This document shows positions 59,482 to 64,000 of a DNA stretch of 64,000 nucleotides, one piece after another; the stretch's first letter is position 1; each line of letters begins with the position of its first letter. The DNA comes from Escherichia coli 042. GTDB lineage: Bacteria > Pseudomonadota > Gammaproteobacteria > Enterobacterales > Enterobacteriaceae. The stretch lies in NCBI RefSeq assembly GCF_000027125.1, contig NC_017626.1. One strand, given 5' to 3'. Both the position numbers and the translations under genes were made by a program. A model generated the notes under the pieces. That model was not told where the DNA came from. It saw nothing but the letters and a program-made list of their open reading frames with translations, and made no database searches.

Positions 59482-59951
59482 TGAATCCACTGAAAGCCGG
59501 TGATATCGCACCGAAATTTAGCTTGCCGGATCAAGACGGAGAACAAGTTAATTTGACCGACTTCCAGGGACAGCGTGTTCTGGTTTATTTCTACCCGAAA
59601 GCCATGACCCCCGGCTGTACCGTACAGGCCTGCGGCTTACGCGATAACATGGATGAGTTGAAAAAAGCGGGCGTTGATGTGCTGGGTATCAGCACCGATA
59701 AACCCGAAAAACTCTCCCGTTTTGCGGAAAAAGAGCTGCTTAACTTTACGCTCCTGTCTGATGAGGACCACCAGGTGTGCGAACAATTCGGCGTCTGGGG
59801 TGAAAAGTCCTTCATGGGCAAAACCTACGATGGTATTCATCGCATCAGCTTCCTGATTGACGCTGATGGCAAAATCGAACATGTCTTTGACGATTTCAAA
59901 ACCAGCAATCACCACGACGTTGTGCTGAACTGGCTGAAAGAACACGCCTGA
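59481..59951 (+). CDS. bcp: Thiol peroxidase Bcp (peroxiredoxin)
   Basis: 156-aa ORF with peroxidatic Cys context (PKAMTPGCTVQAC); start overlaps the gcvR stop. Confidence 0.95.
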   Translation: MNPLKAGDIAPKFSLPDQDGEQVNLTDFQGQRVLVYFYPKAMTPGCTVQACGLRDNMDELKKAGVDVLGISTDKPEKLSRFAEKELLNFTLLSDEDHQVCEQFGVWGEKSFMGKTYDGIHRISFLIDADGKIEHVFDDFKTSNHHDVVLNWLKEHA

Positions 59952-60146
59952 TTACTTTGCTCCATTCCGTGCTGGCTGCGCTTGCGGTCAGCACACCTCA
60001 CTTCTCGTGATCAAGATCACATTCTCGCTTTCCCCTGCGACACAGGTGTCGAATTCATTTTTTGCTGAACGTTAATGACCATCATTTTTGTACCGTTCAG
60101 AATCCAGTTAACACATAACTTATTGAATATATTAAATTAATCAGAC

Positions 60147-60162
60147 TGGCATCCTTTATGCA
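60147..60162 (+). promoter_or_regulatory. Sigma54 (-24/-12) promoter of the hyf operon
   Basis: TGGCAT-N5-ATGCA with GG and GC correctly spaced, about 40 bp upstream of hyfA. Confidence 0.5.
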
Positions 60163-60203
60163 ATATGAAATGCAATGTTTCATATCATTTTCAAGGAGCC
60201 GAC

Positions 60204-60821
60204 ATGAACCGCTTTGTGGTGGCCGAACCACTGTGGTGTACAGGATGTAATACCTGTCTCGCTGCCTGTTCGGACGTGCATAAAACGCAAGGTTTACAGC
60301 AACACCCGCGCCTGGCCCTGGCGAAGACGTCAACACTCACTGCCCCTGTCGTGTGTCATCACTGTGAGGAAGCCCCTTGCCTGCAGGTCTGCCCGGTCAA
60401 TGCCATCTCCCAGAGGGATGATGCGATCCAACTCAACGAAAGCCTCTGTATTGGCTGCAAGCTTTGTGCCGTGGTCTGCCCATTTGGCGCAATCAGCGCT
60501 TCAGGAAGCCGTCCGGTGAATGCCCCTGCGCAATATGTTTTTCAGGCTTTGGGCTCACTCAAAGACGGCGAAGAAAACGTGTCGACCCAACATGCTTTGC
60601 TGCGCTGGGAACCGGGTGTCCAGACCGTCGCGGTGAAATGCGACCTGTGTGATTTCTTGCCAGAAGGTCCGGCCTGCGTTCGCGCTTGTCCGAATCAGGC
60701 GTTACGGCTGATCACCGACGATAGCCTGCAACGTCAGATGAAAGAAAAACAGCGCCTTGCCGCAAGCTGGTTTGCCAATGGCGGGGAGGATCCCCTTTCC
60801 CTCACTCAGGAGCAACGCTAA
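60204..60821 (+). CDS. hyfA: Hydrogenase-4 component A (4Fe-4S ferredoxin-type subunit)
   Basis: 205 aa from MNRFVVAEPLWCTGCNTCLAACSDVH with RBS (aaggagccgacATG) and several CxxCxxCxxxCP motifs. Confidence 0.93.
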   Translation: MNRFVVAEPLWCTGCNTCLAACSDVHKTQGLQQHPRLALAKTSTLTAPVVCHHCEEAPCLQVCPVNAISQRDDAIQLNESLCIGCKLCAVVCPFGAISASGSRPVNAPAQYVFQALGSLKDGEENVSTQHALLRWEPGVQTVAVKCDLCDFLPEGPACVRACPNQALRLITDDSLQRQMKEKQRLAASWFANGGEDPLSLTQEQR

Positions 60822-62839
60822 TGGATGCCCTGCAATTATTAACCTGGTCGCTGATCCTCTATCTGTTTGCCAGTCTGGCTTCGCTGTTTTTACTCGGTCT
60901 GGACAGACTGGCTATTAAGCTTTCCGGCATCACATCGCTGGTGGGTGGCGTGATTGGCATCATCAGCGGAATTACGCAATTACATGCAGGCGTAACTTTA
61001 GTCGCCCGTTTTGCCACGCCTTTTGACTTTGCCGATTTAACCCTGCGAATGGATAGCCTCTCGGCATTTATGGTGCTGGTTATCTCCTTGCTGGTGGTGG
61101 TTTGTTCGCTCTATTCATTGACTTATATGCGCGAATACGAGGGCAAAGGCGCGGCGGCGATGGGCTTCTTTATGAATCTTTTCATCGCATCGATGGTTGC
61201 CCTGCTGGTGATGGACAACGCTTTTTGGTTCATCGTGCTGTTTGAAATGATGTCGCTGTCTTCCTGGTTTCTGGTCATTGCCAGGCAGGATAAAACGTCA
61301 ATCAACGCTGGCATGCTCTACTTTTTTATCGCCCACGCCGGATCGGTGCTGATTATGATCGCCTTCTTGCTGATGTGGCGCGAAAGCGGCAGCCTCGATT
61401 TTGCCAGTTTCCGCACGCTTTCACTTTCTCCGGGGCTGGCGTCGGCGGTGTTCCTGCTGGCCTTCTTCGGTTTTGGCGCGAAAGCCGGGATGATGCCGTT
61501 GCACAGCTGGTTGCCACGCGCTCACCCTGCCGCACCATCGCACGCTTCGGCGTTGATGTCTGGCGTAATGGTCAAAATCGGTATTTTCGGCATCCTGAAA
61601 GTAGCGATGGACCTGCTGGCGCAAACGGGTTTGCCGCTGTGGTGGGGCATTCTGGTGATGGCGATCGGCGCAATCTCCGCGCTCCTGGGCGTGCTGTATG
61701 CGCTGGCGGAACAGGATATCAAACGGCTGCTGGCCTGGAGTACCGTCGAAAACGTCGGCATTATTTTGCTGGCGGTCGGTGTGGCGATGGTCGGTCTGTC
61801 ACTGCACGACCCGCTGCTCACCGTTGTTGGACTGCTCGGCGCGCTGTTTCATCTGCTCAACCATGCGCTGTTCAAAGGGCTGCTGTTTCTCGGCGCGGGT
61901 GCGATTATTTCGCGTTTGCATACCCACGACATGGAAAAAATGGGGGCACTGGCGAAACGGATGCCGTGGACAGCCGCAGCATGCCTGATTGGTTGCCTCG
62001 CGATATCAGCCATTCCTCCGCTGAATGGTTTTATCAGCGAATGGTACACCTGGCAGTCGCTGTTCTCACTAAGTCGTGTGGAAGCCGTAGCGCTACAACT
62101 TGCGGGTCCTATTGCTATGGTAATGCTGGCAGTCACTGGTGGGCTGGCAGTAATGTGCTTCGTAAAAATGTACGGTATTACTTTCTGTGGTGCGCCGCGC
62201 AGTACACACGCTGAAGAGGCACAGGAAGTGCCAAATACGATGATCGTCGCCATGCTACTGCTCGCGGCACTCTGCGTATTCATTGCGCTTAGTGCCAGTT
62301 GGCTGGCACCGAAGATAATGCATATTGCCCATGCGTTTACCAATACCCCTCCCGTCACTGTCGCCAGCGGAATAGCACTTGTACCCGGCACGTTTCATAC
62401 ACGGGTCACTCCCTCATTACTGTTGCTGTTACTACTGGCGATGCCTTTGCTGCCTGGCCTTTACTGGCTGTGGTGTCGTTCGCGCCGCGCAGCGTTTCGT
62501 CGCACAGGAGATGCCTGGGCATGCGGCTACGGCTGGGAAAATGCGATGGCCCCGTCAGGCAATGGCGTGATGCAGCCGCTGCGTGTGGTCTTTTGTGCGC
62601 TATTTCGTCTACGACAACAGCTCGACCCTACGCTGAGGCTAAATAAAGGTCTTGCGCACGTCACAGCCAGGGCTCAGAGCACAGAACCCTTCTGGGATGA
62701 GCGGGTGATCCGCCCCATCGTGAGCGTCACCCAACGGCTGGCCAAAGAAATACAGCATCTGCAAAGCGGCGACTTTCGTCTCTATTGCCTGTATGTGGTT
62801 GCCGCACTGGTTGTGCTGCTAATCGCTATTGCCGTCTAA
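60821..62839 (+). CDS. hyfB: Hydrogenase-4 membrane subunit B (NuoL/MnhA-like antiporter subunit)
   Basis: 672-aa polytopic membrane ORF. Confidence 0.93.
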   Translation: MDALQLLTWSLILYLFASLASLFLLGLDRLAIKLSGITSLVGGVIGIISGITQLHAGVTLVARFATPFDFADLTLRMDSLSAFMVLVISLLVVVCSLYSLTYMREYEGKGAAAMGFFMNLFIASMVALLVMDNAFWFIVLFEMMSLSSWFLVIARQDKTSINAGMLYFFIAHAGSVLIMIAFLLMWRESGSLDFASFRTLSLSPGLASAVFLLAFFGFGAKAGMMPLHSWLPRAHPAAPSHASALMSGVMVKIGIFGILKVAMDLLAQTGLPLWWGILVMAIGAISALLGVLYALAEQDIKRLLAWSTVENVGIILLAVGVAMVGLSLHDPLLTVVGLLGALFHLLNHALFKGLLFLGAGAIISRLHTHDMEKMGALAKRMPWTAAACLIGCLAISAIPPLNGFISEWYTWQSLFSLSRVEAVALQLAGPIAMVMLAVTGGLAVMCFVKMYGITFCGAPRSTHAEEAQEVPNTMIVAMLLLAALCVFIALSASWLAPKIMHIAHAFTNTPPVTVASGIALVPGTFHTRVTPSLLLLLLLAMPLLPGLYWLWCRSRRAAFRRTGDAWACGYGWENAMAPSGNGVMQPLRVVFCALFRLRQQLDPTLRLNKGLAHVTARAQSTEPFWDERVIRPIVSVTQRLAKEIQHLQSGDFRLYCLYVVAALVVLLIAIAV

Positions 62840-62849
62840 GGAAATCACC

Positions 62850-63797
62850 ATGAGACAAACTCTTTGCGACGGATATCTGGTCATTTTTGCGTTAGCACAG
62901 GCCGTGATTCTGCTGATGCTAACCCCGCTTTTTACGGGTATTTCCCGGCAGATACGCGCGCGAATGCACTCCCGCCGCGGACCGGGGATCTGGCAGGATT
63001 ATCGCGATATCCACAAACTGTTTAAACGCCAGGAAGTTGCGCCGACATCTTCAGGTCTGATGTTCCGCCTGATGCCGTGGATATTAATCAGCAGCATGCT
63101 GGTGCTGGCGATGGCCCTACCACTATTTATTACTGTTTCCCCTTTTGCGGGCGGCGGCGATCTGATCACCCTTATCTATCTTCTTGCCCTGTTTCGTTTT
63201 TTCTTTGCTCTTTCAGGGTTGGATACCGGAAGCCCGTTTGCGGGAGTCGGTGCCAGTCGCGAGTTGACGCTCGGCATTCTGGTCGAACCCATGCTCATTC
63301 TCTCACTGCTGGTATTGGCGCTGATAGCGGATTCCACGCATATCGAGATGATCAGCAAGACGCTGGCGACGGGCTGGAACTCGCCGCTAACTACCGTACT
63401 GGCGTTACTGGCCTGTGGTTTTGCCTGCTTCATTGAGATGGGAAAAATTCCCTTTGATGTTGCTGAAGCAGAACAGGAATTACAGGAAGGCCCGCTGACC
63501 GAATATTCCGGTGCCGGGCTGGCGCTGGCGAAATGGGGGCTGGGGCTGAAACAGGTCGTGATGGCAGCACTGTTTGTGGCCCTATTTCTGCCCTTTGGGC
63601 GCGCGCAAGAACTTTCTCTCGCCTGCCTGCTGACTTCACTTGTCGTTACGCTGCTCAAGGTTTTGCTGATTTTTGTACTGGCCTCAATCGCAGAAAACAC
63701 GCTGGCACGCGGGCGATTTTTACTCATTCACCATGTGACCTGGCTTGGCTTCAGCCTTGCTGCGCTTGCCTGGGTCTTCTGGTTAACCGGTCTGTAA
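62850..63797 (+). CDS. hyfC: Hydrogenase-4 membrane subunit C (NuoH-like)
   Basis: 315 aa from MRQTLCDGYLVIFALAQAVILLMLTPLFTG; the track ORF has a 7-codon extension. Confidence 0.92.
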   Translation: MRQTLCDGYLVIFALAQAVILLMLTPLFTGISRQIRARMHSRRGPGIWQDYRDIHKLFKRQEVAPTSSGLMFRLMPWILISSMLVLAMALPLFITVSPFAGGGDLITLIYLLALFRFFFALSGLDTGSPFAGVGASRELTLGILVEPMLILSLLVLALIADSTHIEMISKTLATGWNSPLTTVLALLACGFACFIEMGKIPFDVAEAEQELQEGPLTEYSGAGLALAKWGLGLKQVVMAALFVALFLPFGRAQELSLACLLTSLVVTLLKVLLIFVLASIAENTLARGRFLLIHHVTWLGFSLAALAWVFWLTGL

Positions 63798-63813
63798 GGA
63801 GCACTGACGGAAT

Positions 63814-64000
63814 ATGGAAAATCTTGCTCTGACGACGTTAATGCTGCCTTTTATCGGCGCACTGGTCGTTTCGTTTTCGCCACAACGTCGGGCCGCCGAA
63901 TGGGGGATTTTGTTCGCCGCGCTGACCACGCTGTGCATGTTGTCGCTGATCTCCGCGTTTTATCAGGCCGATAAAGTTGCCGTCACGTTGACGTTGGTCA
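63814..64000 (+). CDS. hyfD: Hydrogenase-4 membrane subunit D, 5' portion; continues beyond the window
   Basis: ATG at 63814 with RBS encodes hydrophobic MENLALTTLMLPFIGALVVSFSPQRRAAEWGILFAAL...; open to the window edge. Confidence 0.85.
   Translation, partial: MENLALTTLMLPFIGALVVSFSPQRRAAEWGILFAALTTLCMLSLISAFYQADKVAVTLTLV

Noticed and set aside
61375-62214. 279-aa plus-strand ORF in another frame within hyfB
   Set aside because: Out-of-frame overlap with the hydrophobic hyfB reading frame; Arg/Gly-rich translation typical of an alternate frame of a GC-rich membrane gene.

Overview
This window reads as a contiguous stretch of Escherichia coli chromosome running from the 3' end of cysK to the start of hyfD, and I do not see an undescribed system in it. 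Gene identities are from reading the supplied ORF translations against remembered E. coli proteins; no database search was run. Small non-coding features were placed by eye and may be off by a few bp. The content is: ptsH-ptsI-crr, pdxK, yfeK/yfeS, the cysPUWAM sulfate/thiosulfate transporter operon, ucpA, murR with divergent murQ-murP, yfeX/yfeY/yfeZ/ypeA, amiA-hemF, a complete 17-gene ethanolamine-utilisation (eut) microcompartment locus with eutR, maeB, talA-tktB, ypfG, nudK, aegA, narQ, acrD, ypfM, yffB-dapE-ypfN, ypfH-tmcA-ypfJ, purC-bamC-dapA, gcvR-bcp and hyfABC(D). All recognised genes appear full length; there are no tRNA, rRNA, CRISPR, IS or prophage genes. The most notable points are strain-level differences from the K-12 layout as I recall it: eutA and eutB are adjacent (no CPZ-55 prophage), and only a short two-ended remnant of yfeW lies between murP and yfeX. 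Other points worth a look are a 4.8-copy tandem REP/BIME array inside the eut operon, a REP plus terminator-like hairpin between cysA and cysM, and several recognisable regulator sites (Mlc, BaeR, PurR, sigma54).
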